NCBI GenBank assembly: GCA_951406725.2
Contig: OX597819.1
Location: 49,228,001-49,292,000 of the forward strand
From: Octopus vulgaris
Lineage: Eukaryota
Reading direction: 5' to 3'
DNA: 64,000 bases
Shown: positions 12,076-24,616 of the stretch, piece after piece
Layout: each line of letters opens with the position of its first letter
How positions within the stretch are numbered: the stretch's first letter is position 1
The notes under the pieces: model-generated
Database searches by the model: none
Seen by the model: only the letters and a program-made list of their open reading frames with translations
Told to the model about the DNA's origin: nothing
Program-made: the position numbers and the translations under genes

Positions 12076-13082
12076 TCTTAGACTATGACAAATTACTTTT
12101 GGAGCTTCATGGAGATATTCCAGAAAGAAATACCAAATTTTTTTTCCTCACAAATTTCGTAAACAACACCACCTGCATAAAATGGAAGTAATACTTTACA
12201 GTAATCCATAAACATGAGTAATATCACTCGGAAAAAAAAAACTACTAATAACAACTAATTTGTTTTACTTTTCTTTGGCAGTAAATCAGATAATACAGCA
12301 AACAAAATTAAAAACATACAGGAAAATAACTTTTAAAAGTTTGCTTCACCAAAAGTAAATCTCCTGGAATATGTAAATGATATTTCAGATCTGGAAACAG
12401 TCAAAACAGATACACAGAAGCAACAAAGTTTAAAATACTCTAAAAATATCTCTTCAAGAAAATTAGTATCTCTAGATTTTCCTGTCTTACATTCTGATTT
12501 ACCAGACCAATTTTACAATTTTACCAATTCTGTCTAAAATACATAACCACATTTTTCCTATGCAGTCTGGTGGCTTTCCTTTTTAAGCAAAGGAAATAAA
12601 GATGTTATGCAATATTAAAATCATGGATTGCTGTTATGTCACTTCATTACACTCTGTCTGTGTGTCTCTGTCTGTCCGTCTGTCTCTCTCTCTCTGTGTC
12701 TCTCTCTCTACTCTGACAACTTCTGTTTCTGTAAGATTCCACAGACACTGCTTTCTTACCGTTTTTTAATATTTTTCAACAAAAATTTACCTAAGTGGGA
12801 AGTTAACTTAACTGAAAACATGTGCAGTAAAAGCAGACATTGTTAATTAAACTTGTTTTGTTTCAAATTAAACAACAGTGCAAGGCAAAGAAGAAGCCAC
12901 CCACCATTTGAATATGACTAGATCTAACTTAAAGAAATGAACAAAAACCTGCGATATATATATAAAGATGTGTCTGTAAGTCTGTAAGCGAAGTGTAACG
13001 GAGGATCAGTGATTTTAAATATTATATATATATTATTGAATCACCCTATAAGAGATTGGATATTCCACAAGTACATGAGTGT

Positions 13083-13388
13083 GGAAGCACATGGCCTAGT
13101 GGTTAGAGAAGTGGACTCACGATCGAGGGATCAGGGGGCTCGAATCTCAGACCGGGCGATGTATGTGTTTATGAGCGAAACACCTAAGCTCCACGCGGCT
13201 CCGGCAGAAGGTAGTGGCGAACTTCTGCTGACTCTTTTGCCACAACTTTCTCTCACTCTTTCCTCCTGCATCTTGCAGCTCACCTGTAACAGACCGGTGT
13301 CCCGTCCAGGTGGGGAACCTATACCCCAAGGAAACTGGGAAACCAGCCCTTATGAGCCAGGCATAGCTTGAGAAGGATCAAACAACAA
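13083..13388 (+). mobile_element. tRNA-derived SINE, GC-rich family with (CAA) tail
   Basis: A box TGGCCTAGTGGTTAG and B-box-like GGCTCGAATCTC; no complete cloverleaf; non-tRNA body and AACAACAA tail. Confidence 0.8.
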
Positions 13389-13431
13389 GCATATGAACCC
13401 TGAATGTAATTCATAGATTGAATCAGTTTAC

Positions 13432-13530
13432 ACATGTGTGTATGTATGTGCATGTGTGTATGTATGTGCATGTGTGTATGTATGTGCATGTGTGTATGTA
13501 TGTGCATGTGTGTATGTATGTGCATGTGTG
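13432..13530. repeat. 18-bp minisatellite (CATGTGTGTATGTATGTG)x5
   Basis: Directly visible; source of the HTHMHI-repeat ORFs. Confidence 0.92.
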
Positions 13531-14706
13531 TTGTGTGTGCTACAGAGAGTCACCATTTGGAAAGTTTCAAATGCTGTTTAATACTATGTATCTAAAGGGG
13601 TTAAAAATATCATTTCATTTGTAACATTTGTAGCTTTCATCTTAGTTTCTAAAAGTGCATCAAAGTGCTGTGATGAAAGTGGAATCTTATTCTTTGCATG
13701 AAATTCAAATTTAAGATATTGCTTTAACATTTAAGATGATATATTCTTGCTTGCCAAGTTTGATAAGTCATGAATAACTAAAATTGCGAAATAAATCTTG
13801 GGGCTTTAAATGGAAGCTAACAGTGAGGATTATGACTAAAGTTGGCTTAGTACTAAGCTTGCCAGTGAGTAAAAACATTAGAAGTATTGATATTGCACTC
13901 AATACATGATACTAATTATGATGCTGGAACTACTAATCTCAAATCATAAAAGAGAAATTGGGAAAGTTACAATCTGTTAAACCAATGTTCTAAGAGAAAA
14001 TTTTATATAGGGGATAAAATATTGAACAGTGGCTAAAATATTGAACTACCTAGCTCTTGTGTCATGATTTCACATTTGAAATAAATAATATTTTGAACCT
14101 GTGTCTGCCTGAGAAACTCAAATTACTTGTCTAGTTTCTCATAAGGGCAAATAGCTTTTCACTTTAAGTCTCTTCTTTATTAAGTTTAGCATCAAACAAG
14201 CTAAAGACATTCTTAGGCCTCCTGTCTCCTTGCAGAAGGCAGTACAAAACTATTCCAGTGTATCTTTTCACAGATAATCTTCTGAATACTTCAAGTATAA
14301 GATCAAGTTGTTTTTGAGTCAATAGTATTTACACACATAAACACAAGAGTCAAATTATATATCTGATATCTGTAGCATATATTCAACATAACAGAATGAA
14401 GTGTTTGATAAAATGATAAGTTCTGATTATGTTTGCATGAAATAAGTGAATGGCTGGTAACATAGTTGTAATGTACTTGCATATTAATCTAGGGTATGTA
14501 GATTCAATTCCCAAATGACTCTTACTATTTGCTTTCTCTCAACATATGTTTGTTGATATACGCATTTATTTAATATTTATGGAATGTATAGGGGAGATAT
14601 GTACTCTGCATGTCGCACTACAGTTTACCTATCAAGACCGACTGTAACTCTGAATTCAGGGAAAAGAGGTCTCTTTAATTTTCCCACATAGGACAGTCTC
14701 TTTTAA

Positions 14707-14927
14707 CCCTTTTGTTACCAACTCGACTGAAACCACCTCTGGCTCTGAGTACAAATGTCTTGTTTTCATAAGTTTTGAATTAAAATCTTCCACCAAACCA
14801 TAGTCACAATTTATGTTCCTAACACTAGCTTAATGATAACTAAGTTATTTTACTAAATTCTTTGTTATATTTAAAATTAATTGAAAGAAATACAGAGCAT
14901 CTCAAAATAAATACAGTAACGAAAGGG
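14707..14927. mobile_element. piggyBac-type MITE (copy 3)
   Basis: TTAA|CCCTTTTGTTAC ... GTAACGAAAGGG|TTAA; highly similar to 11571-11792. Confidence 0.92.
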
Positions 14928-16104
14928 TTAAAGTCTGTGATATAAATTGCACTCAGTTCACACTGTAGTATATACATAACAGAGCTGGTCAATTTACTCT
15001 ACTGTTGTATGTGCTGGATGACGTAGACCTATGTGAATGACAAGACCTATCCAACTCATGCCAGGGTGGAAAATGAATGGAAGAGGGGAAGAAGGAGGAG
15101 GAGGATTCTGGTGATGATAATGATCAATATTCTATGTTACACACATATACACTATGAAATGACATTATACATATGTTGGATAGAACAGCATAGTGTATTG
15201 TTTCACACACACACACGCATGCACACACACACGCATGCGCAGACACACATACCTTTTGTTGATAGAATAAACCATATCGTTAAGACTTTGAGCTGGGTAT
15301 GAATCGAGATATTTTCAGTTCTTCAGATTATGCCCAAATAAAACAAACCACCACCACATCAATTGTTTGCCTATAAATAAACTGAAGTATGTGTGTGTGT
15401 GTGTGTGTTGAAGAATAGCAATTTTTAAATGAATGAAATATAACCGGTTTCTATTGATAATATTCTATGCATGTTCAAGAATGTAAATCATGGATCTTCA
15501 CAAATGATTAATTTCAAAGCCCAATTACAACAAGAGATTACTTTACACACACACACACACACCATACACACACATGTACAAAGATAAACAAATCTGGTTT
15601 TCCTCTACTAAATTATTTTTCCTCCCTCATTCTATTCAGAGTAAATAATTAATTTTCCCTATTGTAAGGGGATAACTATTTTCAGTTTTGCCAATCCTAT
15701 TTCAACAGAGATCAAAGATCAATTGTTATTTTCTCACGGTGAGAATGGCCACTGATTGGAAGCATAATTATGTCAATTTATCAAAACGATCAATATTGTA
15801 TGTCTGCTTTACCTGTCCGCTCTGCCAACGGACCTATTGTACAAATAATACTTAACAGCAGCTGGTATTTTGAGTGTAAATGATGCAGGCAAACTAAATG
15901 AGTAAGAATATGAATGCAGTGAAAAATCAAATATTCATATTGCTAAAATCTCAAGGGAACTCACAATATTATAGGCTTCTTGTTCAAATTACTACTACGT
16001 TTATCTTCTCACTCTATTTTCCATGTCATAGCATCATGAAAATATGAAAATCCAAAATTTTTTCAGGTTTATTATGATAGTACGACTTATATTCATTTAT
16101 AACA

Positions 16105-16345
16105 ATATGTATATATGTATGTTTGCATGTATATAAGATATATATTTATGTATGTTTGTATGGATGTATGTGTATGTATATATAAATAAATATATGTATA
16201 TATACATATATATGTATGTACGTATGCATATATATGCATATGATACGAATCTATATAAATATATACATATACATAAATGTATTTATATATACATATATAT
16301 ATGTCTATATACATATATACATGTATACATATATTTATATACATG
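16105..16345. repeat. Degenerate (TA)/(TATG) low-complexity tract
   Basis: Directly visible. Confidence 0.9.
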
Positions 16346-16395
16346 TATCTGAGTACTATTTTTTCCACCTCGTTTTGCATTTATGTGCTTACTCT

Positions 16396-16431
<36 letters not shown>

Positions 16432-16538
16432 AGAGGTGGAAAAAATAATACTCAAATACCAGAGGTAGAGTAATATGCTTTATTAATAAAGCTGCAAAGA
16501 CATCACAGAGACATGTCTTTGCAGCTTTATTAATAAAG
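16345..16538. repeat. Two adjacent inverted repeats
   Basis: 16345-16371 pairs with 16433-16459 (2 mismatches); 16478-16503 pairs perfectly with 16513-16538. Confidence 0.9.
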
Positions 16539-16579
<41 letters not shown>

Positions 16580-17859
16580 TTTAAAAATGAAATGACAAAG
16601 GAATAAACTTGGTAACTTCAACTTCATTAGCTTACAGCTGTTTCTACAATAAGAGGCAGTGGACTCATAATTGAGTGCTTGAGTAACATTTGATAACTTC
16701 TGCCACTCCACTATTCTGGTGATTCTAAAAATAAGTCTCATCTTGAGGGACGAAAGTACCAAGAAACATTAACACCCATGTTTTTAAAATCTAACATTTA
16801 AACATTTATGTTATTTATGAAACGAAGTTTAGAATACCTACCCATTGAATATTAACTGATGGATGAAAGAAAATATATAGATGAAGGAAAATGATATATC
16901 AAAGCATAAAATGATACAGTAATGGAAAAGAATTAGTATACCTTGAATAAATTGATTGCAATGGTTTATATTACAGGTTTTGTTTGGGCTGTTTTCTTAA
17001 GCAAATACAATAACCTCAAATTAAACTACTTTAAACTGATCAATGTAGTAGTTTGACAACGAAACAAAAATCAAACAATAAAGGTGTGGCTTACCTAACC
17101 ATGTCTCATAGGGAAACTGAGTGAATCCTAATCTCAATATAACTAAAATTTTAAAAACTATAACACCAAAGGTAATTGAACTCCCTTATCTTCCTTTTCA
17201 CCATGAGTAGACAGAACAGCTTGAGGCCTGCCCATTATTTCATGATGTTGCTAACAAAGTTAATAAACGAAATTCTAGAACAGAAATAGATAGAAAAAAA
17301 AATGAATGAATGAATGAATATAGTAACTAATAAAAATAAATGAGTTAGTAAATAATTAGAAATATTCAATGAACTGCGTATTACTGGTGCATAGCTGGTA
17401 TTTGAGAAACAGTCCTGTTTAAATATTACTTTGTATACTTTGTATAGATATTTGTATTTATGTCAGTATCATGTTGCATGTGTGCGTGTATGTGTGTGTC
17501 ACCAAGTCAAATACTATTTATAAGTAATGAAATGATCAAACCCTTCCCACCTGTCTTGTTTTCATAGTTCTGAAGCCGAAAGAAAACATGACTAGTTCAA
17601 TAGAATGGAGGCCCAGTTTATATTTTAGTCATTTCGTTTGCTTTTGGCTAGATTGCTTTCCTGTGCTGACAGTAAATACAGATTTTCTACAGACAACATA
17701 TTCGATAACATGACTAATTATCTTTGGTGAGAATAACATCAAACAATTGCTATTATCGTTATTTTTATTTCGTTAGGTTCTGTCAGAAACATATTTTTTA
17801 TGAGTGAACAATTGTCTTTGAAATGAAACTGAGAAGCAGAAAAGCTAGCTCTGAGTGAG

Positions 17860-17959
<100 letters not shown>

Positions 17960-18053
17960 TATGTACACACATATACTTGAGCACAACTATGTGTTTTCTA
18001 TACTGGGCATTTCTAGCTTTCACCTTTTGACTGTACATTTACTCACACACACA

Positions 18054-18096
<43 letters not shown>

Positions 18097-18149
18097 ACAC
18101 ACACACATACACACATGCACGTGCACACACACATATGGAGAAGGCTATG

Positions 18150-18540
18150 TGATGGATTGTCACTAGAGTAAGACATCATTTGTGGCTTATGGGATAAGTT
18201 AAACCAGAGACTTTGCCAAAATGGAAGTCTGATTAGACAACTAGAAGGTAACATTTGAGTCATCAAATGTCATTATCATCACTTGACCATGTGCTGTTAG
18301 AGCTCTCTTTGATCCTCATCTGATCAATTCTGGTGTACCTCAGGGATTCATTATGTTTCCTGTACTGTTTGAGTTTTACCTTCTGTACATTAATAACATA
18401 CATGGTATTACTTCTTAATGTATAACGTTAACCTTATACACAATGCCATCAACCTCATTTAATCTAGGCACTTCACATCAGACTTGCATTGCTTCCTAGA
18501 ACAAAGCTCTAACCTACTAAAAAACATTCTCCTCAAAGAC
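18150..18540 (+). mobile_element. CR1/L2-type LINE reverse-transcriptase remnant
   Basis: TCTGGTGTACCTCAGGGA... = SGVPQGFIMFPVLF..YLLYIN, a decayed GVPQGSVLxPxLF RT motif; stops and frameshifts around it. Confidence 0.7.
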
Positions 18541-18566
18541 AAAATCATTACAAATATATACTTACA

Positions 18567-18592
18567 CATACATACATACATACATACATACA

Positions 18593-18626
<34 letters not shown>

Positions 18627-18684
18627 CATACAAATGTATGTACGTATGTACATACATACATAAATACATACATACATACATACA

Positions 18685-18712
<28 letters not shown>
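18567..18712. repeat. (TACA)n microsatellite
   Basis: Directly visible. Confidence 0.96.
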
Positions 18713-18716
<4 letters not shown>

Positions 18717-19054
18717 AACGGCAGTTTGTCTGTGCGTGTTTCTGTGTGTCTGTTTGCTTGTACCCTCACCCTGACCACGGCTTTCAACCGATTCTGATGA
18801 AACTTGACACACACATAGCCCAATGTCATAATTCAAAACTAACGCAGCGAAAATTTTGAAAAGTTCCCCCAGTTCTGAAAAAAATCGATAAATTCGACAT
18901 GGGGTCGAGAATCAGAAACACAAACCGTCTAGGGGACGCAACTCCACCTTTTTTTACTCTCAAAAAAAATTTCCATTTTTTGGCTATAACTCTCTAAAAA
19001 TGCTTTATAGTTATTTCCCTTACAAACCTGAGCAACGCCGGGCGATACTGCTAG
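18713..19054 (+). mobile_element. Non-autonomous Helitron-like element (copy 1)
   Basis: Ends with GC-rich subterminal hairpin-like CCTGAGCAACGCCGGG, then CTAG|T; no TSD; near-identical to the reverse complement of 55062-55446. Confidence 0.8.
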
Positions 19055-19459
19055 TGTATATATAATTGAGATTCAGTTGAATTAGGTACTTAAGTTGAAG
19101 CACCAAATCAGTCCGGTATTATCCATACACCTCCAAGTAAGGTGAATAAAATCATATATATATATATTATGTGTGTATAAAAATGTGTGTATAAAAATCA
19201 TACACGAAGGGAAAAGCCACTAAGTGGTTTTCCAACATGTTAGAAACCACGATAAAACTATTCTTATTCTTGCACATTGAATATTTGCAGTCTATGGACA
19301 CTTTTACTCATGCTGGCCACTAGTAAAAAATAAAATTTAATTTTTACCCCTATATATATATATATATATATATATATTAATAAAAGAAATAAAACATATG
19401 CATATATATAAACATATGTGTACGTACCTACCTCTACATGTACATATACACGCATATAT

Positions 19460-19739
<280 letters not shown>

Positions 19740-20300
19740 ATCCCTTTGTTTGTTCTTGTTTGTCCCCTAGCCCCCTGTTGGCAATAAAGAAATAAATATT
19801 GAACAACTAGTTGCACTATACATGCTATGCAATAGTTTAGAATGAAAACTAGAATGATAACTATTATGACAACTAATTACTATGATATCAATAATAAAAG
19901 GAAAGAAAAAAAAATAAAAGAAAAGAAAATTAAACAAATACGAAAATACCTTATTTCAATAGTAAACAAGCAATTAGTTTCCATGAAATCATCTGGAAAA
20001 CTAAACAATAATAAACGAGAGGATGTATGATGGAAGAATAAAATAATTGAATAGAAATGACCAATGAAAGCAGCTAATTATCATCCACCAGGTGACATTG
20101 TATTTCCATGCATGAATGCATACTGTGCATGTGTGTGACATGTATGAAAGTGACAGTTTCAATGACAGTAATTAGGTTTCAGATTTCATTTGCAAGCTTT
20201 TCCTTCCTATCAGAGATGACCCTCACTGACACATGTATATTACGAATGTCTGTTTCCTCTCCCTCTCTTCTTCTACTCTCTTTCTTTCTCTCTCTACCTG

Positions 20301-20380
<80 letters not shown>
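20301..20380. repeat. (TCTA)n microsatellite
   Basis: Directly visible. Confidence 0.97.
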
Positions 20381-20381
<1 letters not shown>

Positions 20382-20635
20382 ATGTGAATTACAGGGTCTG
20401 TCATGCCCGGAGTCCAACTTTGATAGAAATAAGCATTCTTGACTGCTATTTCTATTTTTTCGGTATGCGGTCAAGCAACCTGTTTTGCCTGTCCCTTTTT
20501 CTTATATACAATATATATACTGAACTTTACAGAAGTTCCTGCCGGTAATCGGCTATATTTACATACCGAATTCTACCAGTAAATAATTGGGTTTTTTTTA
20601 AAAGCCTTTATAGAAATTATTTACTCTTATCATTA

Positions 20636-20644
20636 TATTATCTA

Positions 20645-20709
<65 letters not shown>

Positions 20710-20790
20710 GTATATATACATACACACACACACACATATATATATATATAATATATATATACATATATACATATATATGCATATATATAC

Positions 20791-20833
<43 letters not shown>

Positions 20834-20845
20834 CAAACATATATA
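20636..20845. repeat. (TA)n compound microsatellite
   Basis: Directly visible. Confidence 0.96.
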
Positions 20846-20849
20846 TCTT

Positions 20850-21250
20850 TTACCTTTAACTTGTTTGACTCATTAGATTGCGGCCATGCTGGGGTACAAC
20901 CATGAAGAAATTTTTAGTCGAATGCACTGACCTCGGTCCTTATTTCTTAAAGTTTGGTACTTATTCTATCAGTCTCTTTTGCTACACTGCTAAGTTACAG
21001 GGACATATACACACCAATACTGGTTGTCAAGCAGTGGTGTGGGATAAACACAAAGAGACACACACTCACACAATATATATATATGTATGATGGATTTCTT
21101 TCAGTTTCCATTTACTAAATCCACTCACAAGGCTTTGGTCAGCCTGAGGCTATAGTAGAGGACATTTGCCAAAGGTGCCATGCAGTGGGACTGAACTCAG
21201 AACTATGTGACTGGGAAGCAAGCTACTTACCACACAGCTATTCCTGTGCC
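20850..21250 (-). mobile_element. SINE family B
   Basis: Reverse complement of the 45407-45770 family; ends CTACTTACCACACAGC. Confidence 0.85.
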
Positions 21251-21264
21251 CATATATGTATATA

Positions 21265-21301
<37 letters not shown>

Positions 21302-21451
21302 TTATATATATATATAAGTACCTATGCTAGCATGGAAAATGGACGTTAAACGATGATGATGATGATGATGATATATATATCCAGGTGTAGAAAATTTACC
21401 TTAATTAACTTTGTCTGCCTCATGCTTGCATGGAAAATATGGATGTTAAAG

Positions 21452-21452
<1 letters not shown>

Positions 21453-21513
<61 letters not shown>

Positions 21514-21525
21514 TTGATGATGATG
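21453..21525. repeat. (GAT)n microsatellite, tail of an RTE-type element
   Basis: Preceded by CATGCTTGCATGGAAAATATGGATGTTAAA. Confidence 0.93.
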
Positions 21526-21744
21526 ATATATACAAAAAGTGTGTTTGTGTGTGAGAGAGAAAGTAAGTGAGGTGGGAAAAAAGTGGAGGAGGAAGTAAGA
21601 AAATGTGGGAGTAAAACTCAAATAAAAAAAGTTATAAAATTTGAGCACTGGGCTGGACTGGATTACAAACCACAAAGTCATGAATTTGTATTTTGTAGCA
21701 CATTCTATAAGTCAAGGTAGTTTATACAGCTTGTGTTAGCTTAT

Positions 21745-22005
21745 CTGGTTAATTAGGGACGTGATAGTTGTTTAAAAAGAGGTGCATTGTACATTGTACA
21801 TAGTTCTCAGCAAGATTCAGCATGACACAGAGTATGACAAGGCTGGCAATTTTGAAATATAGGTACAACTGATTTTTGCCAGCCATGTGGATTGGAGCAA
21901 TGTGAAATAAAGTGTCTTGCTCAAGGACACAACACGTCACCGGGAATTGAACTCACAACCTTACAATCTTCAGTTGAATGCCCTAACCACTAAGTCATGC
22001 GCCTT
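21745..22005 (-). mobile_element. tRNA-derived SINE, family C
   Basis: Minus strand AAGGCGCATGACTTAGTGGTTAGGG..GTGAGTTCAATTCCCGG..TTGAGCAAGACACTTTATTTCAC; related to 37181 and 52848. Confidence 0.8.
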
Positions 22006-22020
22006 CACAATGACTCTCTC

Positions 22021-22051
<31 letters not shown>

Positions 22052-22815
22052 TGTATGTATGTGTGACTCTCTCTCTTGCTGTCATTCTTTCCCCCTTTTT
22101 CTCTCACCTTTTCACTTCTATTCAAACCTTTCTACTAATTCCTTTCTCTTTCTCTCTCTCTCCTTCTTGTATTCCTAACCTTTCTCTCTCCCCTTCATCC
22201 CTTTACATTTTTTCTCTGTCGCTGCCTCTCCCTGCTGTCTTTTTCCTCTGCCTGCTACTATCATGTGACCACTGGTCAGTTCCTTTTTTTCTTCCTTTCT
22301 TACACTGGTTCCGTACCTGACCAGCTGCAAATTCTCTGTCTCTCCGTTTTCCATCCTTCAAGATATTTTCTAAATGTTACCCACTATTCTCGTTTCCTAG
22401 GCCCCAATGTCATATTTTGCTTGACTGTTCATCCTTGTCCACCGTCCTAAATCACACTCTATGTTGTTTGCCTGCTTTGTTTTGCTTACTCTTGTCCCTA
22501 CTTCTCTGCTATAAACCTTTTTTTTTTGTGGGCACTGCCAATTGGGAAGCACTCAGTTTTATCATTAGAGGTATGAAACTGAATATTACCAATTGGTCAA
22601 TAACTGATGAAGTATTATGGACCTTCTGTTTGTCTCTCGTTCGTTTTTACATTCAGTATACGTTACGTCATTTGTTTATACATTTTTCATTTATTATGTA
22701 TGTATGTATATACTCTTTACTCTCTCTCTCTTTTACTCATATATATATGTATGTATGTATTTATAAGTATATAATATCAATAATGATAGGGATTATGTGT
22801 GTGTGTCTATGTGTG

Positions 22816-22877
<62 letters not shown>

Positions 22878-23058
22878 GTTGAGGTGTATTCCGTTAAGAA
22901 TGTATTAGAGTACAAAATAGAGCTCGTTCACCCTTAAAATTACCAAATAGATGGCAGTATTATGCTATACTACCAATTCTAGGCTCAAGCATTCCTTGTG
23001 TGAGTTGGATGTAATAGCAGCGAAATCAAACATTTACTTATGGAGACAGCAATTATAT

Positions 23059-23171
23059 ATCACCTGAGGAGACACAACTAGGTCCTATTATGCAGGTAAA
23101 CCATTACTTAGTTTAAATTTAAATCCTGTATATATGTGGATCTATGTTGTATTGAAACGTGTGTAGGGGTC
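23059..23171 (+). ncRNA. Type I hammerhead ribozyme-like motif (degenerate) within a Penelope-like pLTR remnant
   Basis: CTGAGGA (23064-70), long stem II (GACACAAC/GTTGTATT, TAGGTCC/GGATCTA, ATGCAGG/CCTGTAT), GAAAC-GTGT-GTA (23154-65), weak stem I ATCAC/GGGGT; followed by ATTAAA. Confidence 0.6.
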
Positions 23172-23274
23172 ATTAAACAGCTGTCAAATCATTCTCCTTC
23201 TTCCTTTTGACTCAATTTATTCTTTTCTTTTTATGTAGACATACACACACACACACACACAGACGTATATATAG

Positions 23275-23480
23275 TTAATCCAACCATGAAAACACAAAGA
23301 GATAACACAACAATGCGAGGACGTGGAACAAGTATAGTGTTATTGGACGCTCAGGAAAGGAAAGAAAGAAGGAGGATTTAACGTTTTGAGCGGAGCTTTT
23401 CGTCAGAAACATAGGAAAAGGAAAGATCCAAGGAAGGGAAGATGGAGGAAAAAAACTGCCAATGATACATATGCGGTCAC
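23275..23480 (-). mobile_element. Penelope-like pLTR fragment with a mutated minimal hammerhead
   Basis: Minus strand TTT-CTGACGA-AAAGCTCCGCTC-AAAAC-GTTA-AAT at ~23375-23410 (GAAA core mutated to AAAA). Confidence 0.55.
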
Positions 23481-23535
23481 ACCCTGCATGGAACACTGAC
23501 ATTAAATGATGAAAATGATGAAAATGATGATGACA

Positions 23536-23568
<33 letters not shown>

Positions 23569-24039
23569 CTGCCCGATGGATCACGTGTACTGAGAAACAG
23601 TGAGTAGCAACTAAGTGAATGAACAGAAGAAACATGAACTATTCTACAGCAGGTATTGATTACTCCTTCTTCCGTTTGGATATCATAAAGAAAGATAAAC
23701 AGGGGAAAATTTGCCAAAAGGAATTATGGACTTAAGCTTGGATATTAAACTAATAAATTTTTACTTATTTTGAAGTTTCCTGTTTCCAAAATTATCAAAT
23801 CCCATCTTTATATTATAACCAATGCTCTCTGGCAAAAGTTATCATGAGTCTATTTATGCAATGTAATTTGTAACTTTATCTTCTCAGCTATGATCAGTTT
23901 AGTAAATTTTACATTTCTCTAATTCGTAAATAACTCATGCTCAACTCCAGATTGAATATGTTGTGCATGAGAGCAAAAATATGTAACAAGGTAATGTAGA
24001 TCCTTTCCTTAATGATTTCACTTATGAATAAATATATAT

Positions 24040-24228
24040 TAAGGGAAAGTTTATGAAAAAAAACAAAAGATGAAGACAGGTGGTGTACAAAACAAACAGA
24101 TGTATTAGTATAGCGCTCAGGAATAGAAAAAGTCTTTTACGTTTCAAGCGTATGCTCTTCTACAGAAAGGTACACAGAAAAAACAAGGAGAGAAAAATGT
24201 GTGTAGTGACTAACGATCTATCGTGGCG
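24040..24228 (-). mobile_element. Penelope-like pLTR fragment with a variant minimal hammerhead
   Basis: Minus strand CTTT-CTGTAGA-AGAGCATACGCTT-GAAACGTA-AAAG at 24134-24169. Confidence 0.55.
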
Positions 24229-24329
24229 TATGCATATATGTGTGTATGTGTGCGTGTGTATACACATATCATCTTGTCATGAACTTTCCTGTTGTAAGAC
24301 AATGTATGAAGGTTCAGCAATTTCTTGCC

Positions 24330-24580
24330 GAATAACCACATAGATGATTTGTTTATAGTGATCAAGTGTTTGAATATACATAAGCTCACTCCCTACGTCA
24401 AATCAACATTACCTTTACAAGTGCACCATGTGCCACAGGTGAGATGATGAAATGATTGCAGAGCAACGTGAAAATAAAGTACTTTGCTCATGAATACAAC
24501 GCAACGCCTGGTTTGGAAATTGAACCTATGATCTCACAATCGTGAGTGCAGTACCCTTATCACTAAGCCATACACCTTCA
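24330..24580 (-). mobile_element. SINE family C (diverged)
   Basis: Minus strand AAGGTGTATGGCTTAGTGATAAGGG...GGTTCAATTTCC. Confidence 0.7.

Positions 24581-24616
<36 letters not shown>

Noticed and set aside
12915-12932. TGACTAGATCT resembling the miR-279 family 5' end
   Set aside because: No complementary arm or hairpin nearby.
13083-13155. tRNA-like sequence (also at 21940-22005, 37181 and 52848)
   Set aside because: Only the A and B boxes are retained, there is no intact cloverleaf, and each continues into a SINE body.
18459-18859. ORF shared with 55224-55439 (NYDIGLCVCQVSSESVES...)
   Set aside because: It is the same Helitron-like repeat translated twice, with no coding evidence.
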